DNA of 60,474 nt. It comes from a virus (Duplodnaviria > Caudoviricetes). This document shows positions 38,255 to 49,553 of the stretch, piece after piece. Position 1 is the first letter of the stretch. Each line of letters opens with the position of its first letter. The notes beneath the pieces are model-generated. The model worked only from the letters and a program-made list of their open reading frames with translations. It was not told the origin of the DNA and made no database searches. Position numbers and translations under genes: made by a program. The DNA is taken from positions 1-60,474 of the IMG/VR virus record IMGVR_UViG_3300020365_000015, one strand, 5' to 3'.

Positions 38255-41200
38255 ATGAGTTTTAATATCAATTCCGATAAAGAGTTCATTAGAGGTTCAA
38301 AACCTCAACTCATCGGTGATAACGAACTTACTATTAGAGCAGGTTCTGGAACTCTCGAAAGGGAGATCATTAGAACACAATTAGATACCAATACAGGATT
38401 GCCCCGTGTTGGTATTAACAGAACAGGACAAAGAGTTAACGAAGTTAACATCACTGCTGGTGGTTCTGGATACACATCTGCTCCTAGTGTTGTTATTGAC
38501 CCTCCAAGCACTCCTGGTGGACTGCAGGCACTAGCGTCTGCGTTTATCTTCAATGGCAAAGTTATTAACATTGCTATTAATAATCCTGGCAATGGTTATA
38601 CTACTGCTCCTGGTGTAACTATTTCTGGTGGTAATGGCACAGGTGCAACTGCAGATGCAGTTCTTGATACTGTCGATTTTGAACTTGACATCAATGGTGC
38701 TATTAGAACTTCTACGTCAATCATTTCAGACACGGCGAGAATTCTAAACCTTGATATTGATAATGTTGTTACTCCTGACCTAGTATTAAGAGGTCCAAAC
38801 CTCAAGACATACATGAATGGCACTGGAACCCTTTGGGATTCCAATGTTATTGTACAGAAAGATTCTTACAGATATTTTGGCGCAAACGTATACCAAGCTC
38901 TTGAAACTGGTACTACTTCCTCTGATGCACCTGTACATACCGATGGTGTAGTAAACAATGGCACTGTTCCATTCAAGCACATTGGTCTTAGATCAAATGA
39001 TCAGAATGCATTTGCATTTGGTGAAACTGGCGAAGCAGGCATCTTCCCTCGTTCTATTACCCCATTACTTGGTGATAGATCCGATAGAATTGCTACTACA
39101 GAATATGTCCTCAACCTAGCGACAAATGACGTTGGTGGACGTATCTACGTTTCTGAACAGATTGGTTCTGACCTGAACGATGGTCGTTCTGCAGTTAACC
39201 CTGTTCGTACAATTAAGAAGGCAGCGCAACTAGCGTGGGCAACTCCTGGCGTCAAAGAAACGCTAGTTGTTTCTGGTGGTGATTATCTAGAAGATAACCC
39301 AATCTCCCTACCACCAGATTGTTCTATTGTTGGTGATAACTTACGTCTTGTAATTATCAGACCAAGAAATCCTGGCAAGCACATTGTCAAGTTTGGTGAT
39401 AAAAACTACGTTATTGGTGTTACCTACAGAGACCAGATTGATGCTAACGGCGATCCCGTTGCTACTTGGGACTTTGCTATGGTCTTTGATGACAAGCAAA
39501 GAATTTGTATTGACAAAGAAGCAAATGGCGACTTTGGTACAGCATTCCCAATTGGTCATCAAATTTTTGGACCAGATAGATTCCGTGTTAATTTCCAGCA
39601 GAACACAGGTCTACAACAACTTCAAACTGGTTTAACAGTTGTTGGTGTTAACACTGGTGCAAGAGCAGAAGTTATTGATGTCACTTTCACAACAACTACA
39701 GGTGCTAGTGCATATATTGGTGGTACATTAGATGTTGAACTAACAAGTGGTTCTTTTGTAGAAGGTGAACAATTTAGATACATTACTTCTGCTTCAGCAG
39801 GAAGTGCCATCACTCAGTTTACCATTACTGAGACTAGTGGTCAAAATACATTTAGAACTACTTCTGATCCATCATCATACATCCCTGGCGGTACATACAT
39901 TTATCTGGATGATATTGACGATAGCAGTTTCAGTCAAGGATACTATGAAGTTGCTAGCATCACTCCAGATGATGAAAACACTCCATCTTATTGGGATGTT
40001 CAGGTCGTTCCTATCCTCGGATCTCCAACATGGAGTACAACAAATTCAGAATCGATTCTGATCTATGAAGCTAGTGTAGTATCATACACATTTGACTCCA
40101 CAAGTCTGAAGTCGATTAGAGCAGAAGGTGAAGTTGTATCTGTTGATGATGATGTAACAAATACTTTACCTATTCAGAGAATCGACTTCTCTCTACAGGG
40201 TGATCCAACTATTGCAACTGGCGGTTTCCAGAATGCACAGTTTGGTAATGCTGAAGACCTTGGCGGTATTGTATTCTATACCAACGAGCTAGTTGGTAGA
40301 GCAAATACTCACGACTTCAAAGAAGGTCAAGAAATTTTAATTCAAGGACTACCATCTGGAGGAGGAACTGACCTATCGTTCCTCAACGGTAAGCAGAGAA
40401 TCTATAAGGTTCTAGAAGACGCTGATGGTCGTGCAAGAAGATTTGTTATTCCTAAAAAGTCATCAATTAATGATGCAAACTTTGATCCTGGTCAAAACGC
40501 TACAGTAAGCACCTTCTCTAAGAGTATTACTTTATCACTACTCAACTCACCAAACACCTTCCCTCTTGCAACACCCGTAGAGAGAAGGTTCCAAGATGCT
40601 TGCACATTTATTCGCAACAACAGAGAGTTTATTGCAGATGAAGTAGTCGGAAGAATTAATTCCGAATTCGCACAAGACCACTTTGCGGTTTATGATATTA
40701 GTGGTAATGACCTCAAGATTTTCCTAGGTACTTCTAGATTTGAGCACATCTATGATAACACAAACCCAACAGGTGTTGTAAAATTTGGTGGTCAGTCATA
40801 TAACATTACCGATTTCTTATATGACAATACAGTAACTGGTGTTGCTACTGTCACACTTCAGACTATGCCAGCTGGCATTGCTGAAGATTCTGTTGTACAG
40901 TTAGCAGATATTGTATTCACTTGTGATAATGGAACTAAAACTTATCCAAGTTTCAATATTCCAAACGATGATGATCAATGTCGCGAAGACGTTATCCACT
41001 TCTGTAATGCAATTGTACGAGATTTAGAATTTGGTACAAACCATAACGTTATTGAAGCTGCTCAGAAATATATTGTCAATGGTAAGATTACTTACATTGA
41101 AAATGAAATTATTCAGAATGTTCGTGCAGTAGAGTATGCACGTCAGTTGTGCATTCATGCAATGAGAAACTGGAGAACCGAAAACGGAACTCCATCGGAT

Positions 41201-44200
41201 CCAGTATATGTACCACAATATTCTTCTATAACAAGATACTTTGATAATACTGTAATTACATCAACAGCAGGAAACCCTGCTTGTGCTGATGTAAAAGCAG
41301 CAATTGATACTCTTGCATTCCTCTGGGTAGATGTTATCACTAATAATACAAGTGGAACATATCTAGACGCAGCATATCTGATTGCAAGAAACGCAGAACT
41401 TATTGCAGATCAGGCATTACTAGACACTGAAACTGCCTTCCCTTCTTTAGCATTGAGTGATATCAATCAAAGAAAGTGTCGTAGAGATATCAATATTGTT
41501 CTCAATGGATTAGTCAGAGACCTGTGTCTTGGTGGAAACTCTGGAATTGTTGAAGTTGCAGAAGCATACTTTACTGGAACTGCACTTACAGGAGTTCCTG
41601 AAGCACAAAGACCAGCAACTCTTTATGCATTCCAGAGAGTAAGACAATACGCAATCTACGCGATGCGTAATTGGACTACTGGAAACACTACTGAGACTGT
41701 AACTCCACTAAGTGCAAACTACAACTCCACTTCAGGTTCTCTAACCATTACAATTGCAGATCCAGTTACAATTCCTGTTGCTGGACAAGATAGAATTGCA
41801 TTCACTGAAGCAGCGATTCTATTTGATTGCAATTCTGGAACTCATGGAAGTCCACAACCAACTGATAGAAACTATGGCAAGAGTCTAGACATTCTAACCT
41901 GCTCTAGTGCTGGTGGTATTACAACAATCACATGTAATGTTGGTGATGCGGGTAGTGCTGCTGGTGATGCACATCAATTCAACTCTGCTGTTGCAGACGG
42001 AACGATTCTAATCACGAATCCTATTGTACCTTCATCACCAATTCCTAAGTTTGAAGATTGGAATATCCTATTAGATCCTACTGCAGGAACTCCAATCGGT
42101 AGTTTCACACCTACAGATGCTTCTTATGATCCTTCTAATGGTGAGTTTGAGATCACCGTTGGATCTGGTCATGGTGTAACAACTGGAAACGTTATCAGAC
42201 TTGCTCCAGAATCATTCACGTTCACTTGTGCCATGGATGGTAACAAGTCAGAACACTCTTTACCAGAACCAGATCAACCAGCAAATGGTGCAAGTCTGTC
42301 AGTTACTGGAACAACATCTACTACTATCAAAGTTAATGTTGGTGCTTCTGGTCCTGATTTAAACATGACTCCAAGTGCAGCGACATATTATCCTGCAACT
42401 GGAGCACTTGAATTAACAATTGGAGCACATAATCTAAGTGTTGGTGAGGGTATCACAATTGATGATAACTCCCTGTCGTTCACCTGCGACATGGATAACA
42501 ATCAGTCTGTTAAGACATACCCACGTCCTGGTATCGACCCATTTGCTGGTCGATCCATGAAGATCACTGGCACAACACAGACAACAATTACTGTTAATGC
42601 TGGCGTTTCACGTCCAAACCAATACTTCCAACCATCAGCGATCTCTTACGATGCATCAAATGGTGATATGACTGTCACTGTTGGACAGCATGGTTTGGGT
42701 GTTGGTAGAAATGTTGTTATTGAAGATAATTCTCTCACATTTACATGTGATCAGGACGGCAACCAGACTCAGCACACTTATCCACGTTCTACTGATCCAG
42801 CATCTGGATCATCTCTTGAAATCACTGCTGTTGGTTATTCAGCACATACAGTTACCGATGCTGATTACACACCAGCGACAGGTAATCTAGAACTAACTAT
42901 TCCAAATCATGGTTTTGCTAACGGTGATTACATCAAAGTTCTCAACGGAACCTTACTATTCACTTGTGATCTAGATGGAAATACAGTTCAGAAATCTTAT
43001 CCTCGTGCTGGATATGATTATCCATCTGGTCGCTGGTTAGAAATTTCTAATGTAACTACAAGTACATTTGAGATTAACATTGGTGGATCATCTTATACAG
43101 GCAACCACACCTTTACTGGTGCTATTAGCAATGGTGTTCACAGACAAGACGGTACGTTTACAGTTAACGTAGGTAATGCTGGTTCTGCCGCTGGTTCTAC
43201 TCACACATTTGTAAGTGCGACAGCACAAGCAATTAAGCATGAACCACAGTCTGCACATACATTTACTGGAGCAGCTTCTGGTTGCGTTAAGCATCTTCCA
43301 CAGTCCGCGCATACATTTGTAAGAACTACTACGAATTCTGTAACAGCATATCAATCTGGTCAAGGACCACTATGTGCTAACGTAGAATCAACTATTGCTA
43401 CAGCAATGGGTCTATTTGAGGATATCCTCGAAGGATCTACTGAACCTGGAGCAACCACAGTAAACACAGGAACATTATTCGATCCTGCAGATATTATTTC
43501 TTATCCAGATTCTTACATCTATGATCAGAATAATGTCAGGATGGCAGTTCGTGCTATCTATGATGATTACCCAATCATTGAAGCATCACCATATACTCAG
43601 AACTCTTCTGTTATCTCCTTCCTTGGTGGTAGTGGTGCTCTGGTCGATGGTTCTAAGGTCAAGCAACCCAACTGTCCTTTCCCTGGTCTAGAACTAGACG
43701 GAACAGCATCCTTCCCCAACCAGGGTAAGTCGATGGTTGCTTCTGCATTCACCATCGTCTCCTTTGGTGGTACAGGATATAAGGTTATCGAAGATGGTTA
43801 TACTCAGTTGGTTTCCGTCTTCGTTATCTTCTGTGCTGACGGTGTTCTTGCTGAGTCTGGTGGTTATTGCTCCATCACGAACTCTGCAACTAACTTTGGT
43901 ATTCACGCTCTCCGTGGTGTTGGATTTAGAAGAGAAGCATACAGCTTTGACACTGGAACAATCACCAATGTATCCTCCACTCCAACTGGTAGAGCAATCC
44001 TGACAGTTGATGGTCTTGGAAGAGAACCCCTAGAGCACTATGTCGTCAAGATTGACGGATACGAAAATACAAATGAAGTAGAATACTTCGTCGATGTTGT
44101 AAGTGATGTAGGTGCTGGACCACCATTCCAAGCAGATCTTACCATCGATGATGGTCAAGGTCAACCTATGGACCTTACTGATAGTTCTACTGGTCTACCA

Positions 44201-47200
44201 GTTTCTACTGGTGTTCTTACTGGTAAAACAATCAGACTACACAGACCATCCATCGTTAACTCCTCCTCCCACACCTGGGAATTTGCAGGTTCAGGTACTA
44301 ACTACCTAGCACTACCTGAGAACGGTGGTACTAAGGATGAGGCAGAAGAACAGGTATCAGAAAACTATGGTCGTGTATATGTCTCAGGTACTGACGAACT
44401 AGGCGACTTCAAAGTTGGTACGTTCGCTAGAATTGAGAACAGAACTGGTGCTATTACCTTCACGGGTACAGTTACTATCTCTGAAGTTGAATTCTTGAAA
44501 CTGAAGGGTGGCGACGTTGTTGTTACTGGATTCTCTGCTGATAATACTCTTGGTGGAGCAGCAACCAGCGACTCTGTACTACCTACACAAAAGGCAGTTA
44601 GAGATTATATCACTAACAACCTTGGTCCTTTCATCAACAAACCATATTCTACAAACGCTGTTCCTAGAGCACTGGTTGAACTTACCGATTCTGGTAAGAT
44701 CTCTGTTGACCAGATCCCAGCACTCAGACCATTTGAAGTCTATACGGTTGCTGATGAAGCAGCAAGACTTAACATCGAAGGCGCACTTGCTGGTGATATT
44801 GCTATCCAACAGGATACAAATGGATCATTCATTCTTAACAACGATCTAACAAGTCAGTTCCTAGCATTCCAACCAGACCCAACTATTCAGTTTACTCTGA
44901 ATGATATCTTTACTGGTAGCGTATCTACTGGTCGTGTTCAGGCAACTGAGTATAGAGAAGGTGTTGTCTATACCCTAACTCTAACTAATGGTGGTTCTGG
45001 ATATACTCAACCACCTACAGTTACTATCTCTGGAACACTTGCTCAAGGTGGTGTAGAAGCTAGAGCAGAATGTACCATTGCAAATGGCGAAGTTGTAACT
45101 ATTTCGCTAATTGAGTACAATGGATTTGTTGGTGGTAAAGGATATACTTCTGCTCCAACTGTTACCATTGCTGCACCTCCTGGAGCAGGAACACAAGCAC
45201 AAGCAAATGCTCTACTTGAGTCAAGACTCTATGGTAATATTGTTAACCTGATTCAGATTGAAGATACCGATACTATTGAAAGTAGCGATGTTCCATCTGT
45301 AACTGTTAACTTAACTAGAGTTGTCAACACATCTGCTTCTACAGCAAGCAACTGGGTATCGCTATCATCCAATCAGATTGCTGCTTCTGACATCACTACT
45401 GGTGTTCTTGAGACAGATAGACTCGCATTGGGTGGTGCTGCAAACTCCTTCACATTCTTAAGAGGAGACTCAAACTTCGCGCTTGCAGTTCAGTCTATTA
45501 AGGGTGCTGAAATTAGATACTTTGCACAACTGTATAGTAATGCAAGTGCTGGTTCCAGTCAACTTGTATTCACTACAAACTCAGACTTCCTGAATGGTCA
45601 TGAAGTTGTTGCTAGTGTATTAGGTATTCAGCAAAATACCAACATCACTGGAGTATTAACATCTGCTGGACTAACAACGATTTCGTTGAATAATCCACTT
45701 ACTCAAACAATTAGTTCTGGAACAATTCTAGAGTTTGAGCGTGGTGCATCACCAATGGTCTTTGAGTCTTCATACACTCAAGGAAACTTTGTTGATGATG
45801 TCATCATCGCAAACGGTGGTAGTGGATTTACAAACGGTCAGTATTTTGATCAACCTCTTGATGGTGGCACTGGTACTGGACTAAAAGCAACAATCACAGT
45901 TTCTGGTAATGCAATTACAGCTCTTACTGTAACTGATGGCGGTACTGGATATAATAATGACTTCTCTATTATTACTCCACCAACAGAGATTGGTGCTGGA
46001 TCCAGCATGGTTCTGGAAGCTAAAGTATCAACCGTTAATAGACAGTATGCGAACGTTGCACTTGACGTTGCAAGAGTAACAGAACTAACAATTTCTTCTG
46101 ACTTGTATGGCACAATTGGTGTCTCAAGATTTAAGAAAGATCAATTCAATATTGGTACTGCTGGCAATGGTTCTATTGAACTCAAGACTGGTCCTGGTTC
46201 AGGATTAGATGCTGACCTACTTGATACCAAGCAAGGTTCTTTCTACACCAATGCAACAAACCTCTTCTCTGGAACAGTACCAACTGACCGACTAGCAGGT
46301 TCTTACAACATCAGTGTTTCTGGTTCTTCTGGTAATACCTTAAGACTAGCGACTGGTACTAACAACCCAACCTCCAACCCATCACCAAACAACTTCGTCG
46401 AAGGTTTGGTTGCTAACACAATCAACAACTCCGCTGATGGTTTGAATGATGGTGGTTCTCAACACCTTGTTCTTACAATTAGAAACAAAGGTCAGGGTCT
46501 AACTGCTGAAGGTGGTGTCAGACAAATGGCATTCACCGACAATGATAACATCTATCTACGTGGTTCTGGAACTGGTGTTACTACATTCGGTACATGGGCG
46601 AAACTCTGGACATCATTGAATGATGGTCCTGGTTCAGGACTAGACGCTGATAGACTTGCTAACAAGCAGGCATCTTGGTATAGAAATGCATTGAACATCA
46701 ACTATGGTGTTCTATCTGACAATAGAATTCCTGGATTCTTACAATCAACCAAGTTTAGAGATGAGATTGTTATTCAATCTTACAATGGAGATCCTAAGTA
46801 TCAGGTTTATATCTCTGGTCAAATTCTCAACACTACTCCATTCACTCCTGGTAATGCGGTTAACCTATACAACGCACTTTCACAGGCAGTTGGTAGAATC
46901 GAGATTGACAACATCATCATTAACGATGATCTCGATGATAACTTCAATGATTATACCATCATTGTTGGTAGACTAACAAGTGGAGACTTCACCGCACAGG
47001 GTGGCGCTGAAACTATTGGTAGTGCATCCAACAAAATTCCATTCGATGAATACTCACTTGATGATGGCAACGTTGTAGAAGTTGCAACATTAGAAAGTGA
47101 TGGTGGAACTGCCAACTTAAAACTTGGTAGAAGAGATGGACAAGCATCTTCTCCTGGTGTCTACTTCAGTAGTTCACAGTTGGTTGCTAACTACAACACT

Positions 47201-48508
47201 GCAATTGTTGCTACTGGTGGTAATGCTACCGATGGATCGGGTACATTAAACGCACTCGTAGTTAATGCTGATGGATTCAACATTAATGGTAATGTTATTT
47301 GGAACGCTGGTAATATCCAGTTCCAGTCTTCAAACGTTGCAAATACTGCAGTAAAACGTGATGGATCTGGCAACTTTGCTGCTGGAACTATTACTGCTTC
47401 ACTAACTGGTGCTGCATCAGAGAACGTCCTCAAGACTGGCGATACCATGACTGGTACGCTAAACATTTCTGGAACTGGTTCTAACCTAACAGTCGCTGGA
47501 ACGTCTCTATTGACAGGTGTTGTCACCGTATCTAACGATCTTAACGTTGATAACGGTGTACTATTTGTTGATGTATCTTCTAATGAAGTTGGTATTAATA
47601 CAACAAATCCAGTAGCAGCTCTAGATGTTCGTGGTGATATCTTCTTACAGAATGCTAATCCAACAATTTATTTTAACGGAACTTCTGATAGCAACAACAA
47701 TCCTGCCACTGCCGACATGGCAATTAAGGCAACTCCAGAAGGTCTTGATTTCTATGAACCAGAAGATGGTAATAAGATTCAGTTTAGAATCTATGATGAT
47801 ACTGGTGTAGATGCACCATATGGTTACCACATTAATGGAACAAGAATTCTAGACCAGTCTAGAAACCTCACCAATATGAATCAAATCACGATTCAGCAAG
47901 GTGGTGCGGCACAAATTAATTTCTATGGTAATAGTGGAACTAGATATTGGAAAGTTGGTTCTAACACAAATACAACTAATGTCTTCGCGTTTGAAGCATC
48001 TGATTCAAATGGATCAACTGCCTTCACTGGAGCACCTGCTCTAGCACTTCATGGTACTACGAATGCAGTAACAATCAACACTACTGCAACATCTGGTACT
48101 GATCCAACTGATGGATCTACTGTTAGAAACTATAAGTTCAATGTCCAAGGAGACATGAACATCAACGGTCAGTTGTTCCAAGACAATGCTGAGTTTGTAA
48201 CATCCAGATGGACTGAAGCAACCAATGGTAATGACATCTACAGATTGTCTAAGGTTGGTATTAACAAAGCAGATCCACAATATACTTTGGATCTAGATGG
48301 TGATTTTAATATCACTGGTATCCAGTATATCAATGGTAATGCACAATGGTTAGATGCTAACGGAATTATCAAGATTGTCCAAAACGCAGACATTGCAGAG
48401 AACATTAATATTACCAATTCTACCGATTGCTTCTCTGATGGTCCGATTGTAATTGCAAACGGATATACAGTTGATATTGGTACTGGATCTTCATGGTCAA
48501 TTAGATAA
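38255..48508 (+). CDS. long tail fibre protein (3417 aa)
   Basis: VGINxT and GSGLDADxL fibre motifs, GGSGYT repeats, RIYVS...GSDLNDG...TIKKA beta-helix-type start, C-terminal DGPIVIANGYTVDIGTGSSWSI. Confidence 0.85.
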   Translation: MSFNINSDKEFIRGSKPQLIGDNELTIRAGSGTLEREIIRTQLDTNTGLPRVGINRTGQRVNEVNITAGGSGYTSAPSVVIDPPSTPGGLQALASAFIFNGKVINIAINNPGNGYTTAPGVTISGGNGTGATADAVLDTVDFELDINGAIRTSTSIISDTARILNLDIDNVVTPDLVLRGPNLKTYMNGTGTLWDSNVIVQKDSYRYFGANVYQALETGTTSSDAPVHTDGVVNNGTVPFKHIGLRSNDQNAFAFGETGEAGIFPRSITPLLGDRSDRIATTEYVLNLATNDVGGRIYVSEQIGSDLNDGRSAVNPVRTIKKAAQLAWATPGVKETLVVSGGDYLEDNPISLPPDCSIVGDNLRLVIIRPRNPGKHIVKFGDKNYVIGVTYRDQIDANGDPVATWDFAMVFDDKQRICIDKEANGDFGTAFPIGHQIFGPDRFRVNFQQNTGLQQLQTGLTVVGVNTGARAEVIDVTFTTTTGASAYIGGTLDVELTSGSFVEGEQFRYITSASAGSAITQFTITETSGQNTFRTTSDPSSYIPGGTYIYLDDIDDSSFSQGYYEVASITPDDENTPSYWDVQVVPILGSPTWSTTNSESILIYEASVVSYTFDSTSLKSIRAEGEVVSVDDDVTNTLPIQRIDFSLQGDPTIATGGFQNAQFGNAEDLGGIVFYTNELVGRANTHDFKEGQEILIQGLPSGGGTDLSFLNGKQRIYKVLEDADGRARRFVIPKKSSINDANFDPGQNATVSTFSKSITLSLLNSPNTFPLATPVERRFQDACTFIRNNREFIADEVVGRINSEFAQDHFAVYDISGNDLKIFLGTSRFEHIYDNTNPTGVVKFGGQSYNITDFLYDNTVTGVATVTLQTMPAGIAEDSVVQLADIVFTCDNGTKTYPSFNIPNDDDQCREDVIHFCNAIVRDLEFGTNHNVIEAAQKYIVNGKITYIENEIIQNVRAVEYARQLCIHAMRNWRTENGTPSDPVYVPQYSSITRYFDNTVITSTAGNPACADVKAAIDTLAFLWVDVITNNTSGTYLDAAYLIARNAELIADQALLDTETAFPSLALSDINQRKCRRDINIVLNGLVRDLCLGGNSGIVEVAEAYFTGTALTGVPEAQRPATLYAFQRVRQYAIYAMRNWTTGNTTETVTPLSANYNSTSGSLTITIADPVTIPVAGQDRIAFTEAAILFDCNSGTHGSPQPTDRNYGKSLDILTCSSAGGITTITCNVGDAGSAAGDAHQFNSAVADGTILITNPIVPSSPIPKFEDWNILLDPTAGTPIGSFTPTDASYDPSNGEFEITVGSGHGVTTGNVIRLAPESFTFTCAMDGNKSEHSLPEPDQPANGASLSVTGTTSTTIKVNVGASGPDLNMTPSAATYYPATGALELTIGAHNLSVGEGITIDDNSLSFTCDMDNNQSVKTYPRPGIDPFAGRSMKITGTTQTTITVNAGVSRPNQYFQPSAISYDASNGDMTVTVGQHGLGVGRNVVIEDNSLTFTCDQDGNQTQHTYPRSTDPASGSSLEITAVGYSAHTVTDADYTPATGNLELTIPNHGFANGDYIKVLNGTLLFTCDLDGNTVQKSYPRAGYDYPSGRWLEISNVTTSTFEINIGGSSYTGNHTFTGAISNGVHRQDGTFTVNVGNAGSAAGSTHTFVSATAQAIKHEPQSAHTFTGAASGCVKHLPQSAHTFVRTTTNSVTAYQSGQGPLCANVESTIATAMGLFEDILEGSTEPGATTVNTGTLFDPADIISYPDSYIYDQNNVRMAVRAIYDDYPIIEASPYTQNSSVISFLGGSGALVDGSKVKQPNCPFPGLELDGTASFPNQGKSMVASAFTIVSFGGTGYKVIEDGYTQLVSVFVIFCADGVLAESGGYCSITNSATNFGIHALRGVGFRREAYSFDTGTITNVSSTPTGRAILTVDGLGREPLEHYVVKIDGYENTNEVEYFVDVVSDVGAGPPFQADLTIDDGQGQPMDLTDSSTGLPVSTGVLTGKTIRLHRPSIVNSSSHTWEFAGSGTNYLALPENGGTKDEAEEQVSENYGRVYVSGTDELGDFKVGTFARIENRTGAITFTGTVTISEVEFLKLKGGDVVVTGFSADNTLGGAATSDSVLPTQKAVRDYITNNLGPFINKPYSTNAVPRALVELTDSGKISVDQIPALRPFEVYTVADEAARLNIEGALAGDIAIQQDTNGSFILNNDLTSQFLAFQPDPTIQFTLNDIFTGSVSTGRVQATEYREGVVYTLTLTNGGSGYTQPPTVTISGTLAQGGVEARAECTIANGEVVTISLIEYNGFVGGKGYTSAPTVTIAAPPGAGTQAQANALLESRLYGNIVNLIQIEDTDTIESSDVPSVTVNLTRVVNTSASTASNWVSLSSNQIAASDITTGVLETDRLALGGAANSFTFLRGDSNFALAVQSIKGAEIRYFAQLYSNASAGSSQLVFTTNSDFLNGHEVVASVLGIQQNTNITGVLTSAGLTTISLNNPLTQTISSGTILEFERGASPMVFESSYTQGNFVDDVIIANGGSGFTNGQYFDQPLDGGTGTGLKATITVSGNAITALTVTDGGTGYNNDFSIITPPTEIGAGSSMVLEAKVSTVNRQYANVALDVARVTELTISSDLYGTIGVSRFKKDQFNIGTAGNGSIELKTGPGSGLDADLLDTKQGSFYTNATNLFSGTVPTDRLAGSYNISVSGSSGNTLRLATGTNNPTSNPSPNNFVEGLVANTINNSADGLNDGGSQHLVLTIRNKGQGLTAEGGVRQMAFTDNDNIYLRGSGTGVTTFGTWAKLWTSLNDGPGSGLDADRLANKQASWYRNALNINYGVLSDNRIPGFLQSTKFRDEIVIQSYNGDPKYQVYISGQILNTTPFTPGNAVNLYNALSQAVGRIEIDNIIINDDLDDNFNDYTIIVGRLTSGDFTAQGGAETIGSASNKIPFDEYSLDDGNVVEVATLESDGGTANLKLGRRDGQASSPGVYFSSSQLVANYNTAIVATGGNATDGSGTLNALVVNADGFNINGNVIWNAGNIQFQSSNVANTAVKRDGSGNFAAGTITASLTGAASENVLKTGDTMTGTLNISGTGSNLTVAGTSLLTGVVTVSNDLNVDNGVLFVDVSSNEVGINTTNPVAALDVRGDIFLQNANPTIYFNGTSDSNNNPATADMAIKATPEGLDFYEPEDGNKIQFRIYDDTGVDAPYGYHINGTRILDQSRNLTNMNQITIQQGGAAQINFYGNSGTRYWKVGSNTNTTNVFAFEASDSNGSTAFTGAPALALHGTTNAVTINTTATSGTDPTDGSTVRNYKFNVQGDMNINGQLFQDNAEFVTSRWTEATNGNDIYRLSKVGINKADPQYTLDLDGDFNITGIQYINGNAQWLDANGIIKIVQNADIAENINITNSTDCFSDGPIVIANGYTVDIGTGSSWSIR

Positions 48509-48514
48509 TAAATA
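48508..48514 (+). promoter_or_regulatory. late promoter for Gly-rich gene 1
   Basis: ATAAATA. Confidence 0.65.
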
Positions 48515-48537
48515 ACGTTATAGGAAATCGGTAAAAA

Positions 48538-49548
48538 ATGTCTCAAGTAAATGCTGATAGGATTAATGTGGGAATGGCTGTTAAGGTTCCATCCTTAACC
48601 CAGTCCCAAATTAATGGTCGTTCCACTCAACCTGGAGATATTGTATACAACTCTACTGAAGAGAGTATGCAAATTTACAATGGATTGGAAGGGCAATGGG
48701 AATTTATTGGAGAAGGTTCATCTCTCTATGATTTTACTACAGCAAAATTTACCCCTGGTGGTAAAAGTGGATCCCAAGGTCCATCTCTAGCACAAGTTAG
48801 ATCTGGTATTAGTGGCAATGATGGATGGAAAACCGATACGAACTTCCTAAATGTCAATGCAGGTATTATTGAGTGGACTGTACCTGCTGATGGCACTTAT
48901 ACAATTCAAGTAAAAGGTGCTCAAGGTGGCAGAAGTAATTGCTATGGTCCAGCTGGTGGTAAAGGAGCAGAACTATCAGGTTCGTTCTCTTTGTCAGCTG
49001 GTCAAAAATTAAAAATGGCAATTGGACAAAGAGGTGGAGATAATTGTTATGACTGTGGTGCGGGCGGTGGAACATTCGTTTGTGATGTTGCAAACCAACC
49101 TTTAATCATTGCTGCTGGTGGTGGTGCAGGATCTGCTTCGGGATATCCCTATGGCGGAAATGGATATCACGGTAGACATGATATCCAGAACGGTTCTCTA
49201 GGATACAGCAGCAGACCAGGAGGTAGTAATGGTGGTGGAGGAAATGGATATGGAAATGCTGGAGGTGGCGGTGGTTTAACTGGCAACGGCAGCGGTAGTT
49301 GGTTTGGATACTCCTTCACTAATGGAGCTCAGGGTAGAGGTAATCAAGCGGCAGGTGGTTTTGGCGGCGGCGGTGGCGGTGGAGGCACCAATGGCGCTGG
49401 TGGAGGTGGAGGATACTCTGGTGGCGGAGCAACTCAGTGGAGTTTCTGGGGTGCTGGCGGAGGATCTTATAATGGTGGAAATAATGCAAATGGACAAACT
49501 GGCGTCCAATCAAATGATGGAGAAATCACAATTACATTTAACGGATAA
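48538..49548 (+). CDS. glycine-rich putative adhesin / fibre-tip protein, paralog 1
   Basis: WTVPADGTYTIQVKGAQGG...GGKGA...AAGGG...GGFGGGGG...GGGGGYSGG; polyglycine-II (ALK/LTK-like, gp38-like) pattern. Confidence 0.75.
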   Translation: MSQVNADRINVGMAVKVPSLTQSQINGRSTQPGDIVYNSTEESMQIYNGLEGQWEFIGEGSSLYDFTTAKFTPGGKSGSQGPSLAQVRSGISGNDGWKTDTNFLNVNAGIIEWTVPADGTYTIQVKGAQGGRSNCYGPAGGKGAELSGSFSLSAGQKLKMAIGQRGGDNCYDCGAGGGTFVCDVANQPLIIAAGGGAGSASGYPYGGNGYHGRHDIQNGSLGYSSRPGGSNGGGGNGYGNAGGGGGLTGNGSGSWFGYSFTNGAQGRGNQAAGGFGGGGGGGGTNGAGGGGGYSGGGATQWSFWGAGGGSYNGGNNANGQTGVQSNDGEITITFNG

Positions 49549-49553
49549 TAAAA

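Noticed and set aside
38208-38255. Possible TGATGCT / AGCGTCA pairing over the fibre start codon
   Set aside because: Only 7 bp with a wobble and a 34-nt loop; too weak to list with the other late-promoter hairpins.
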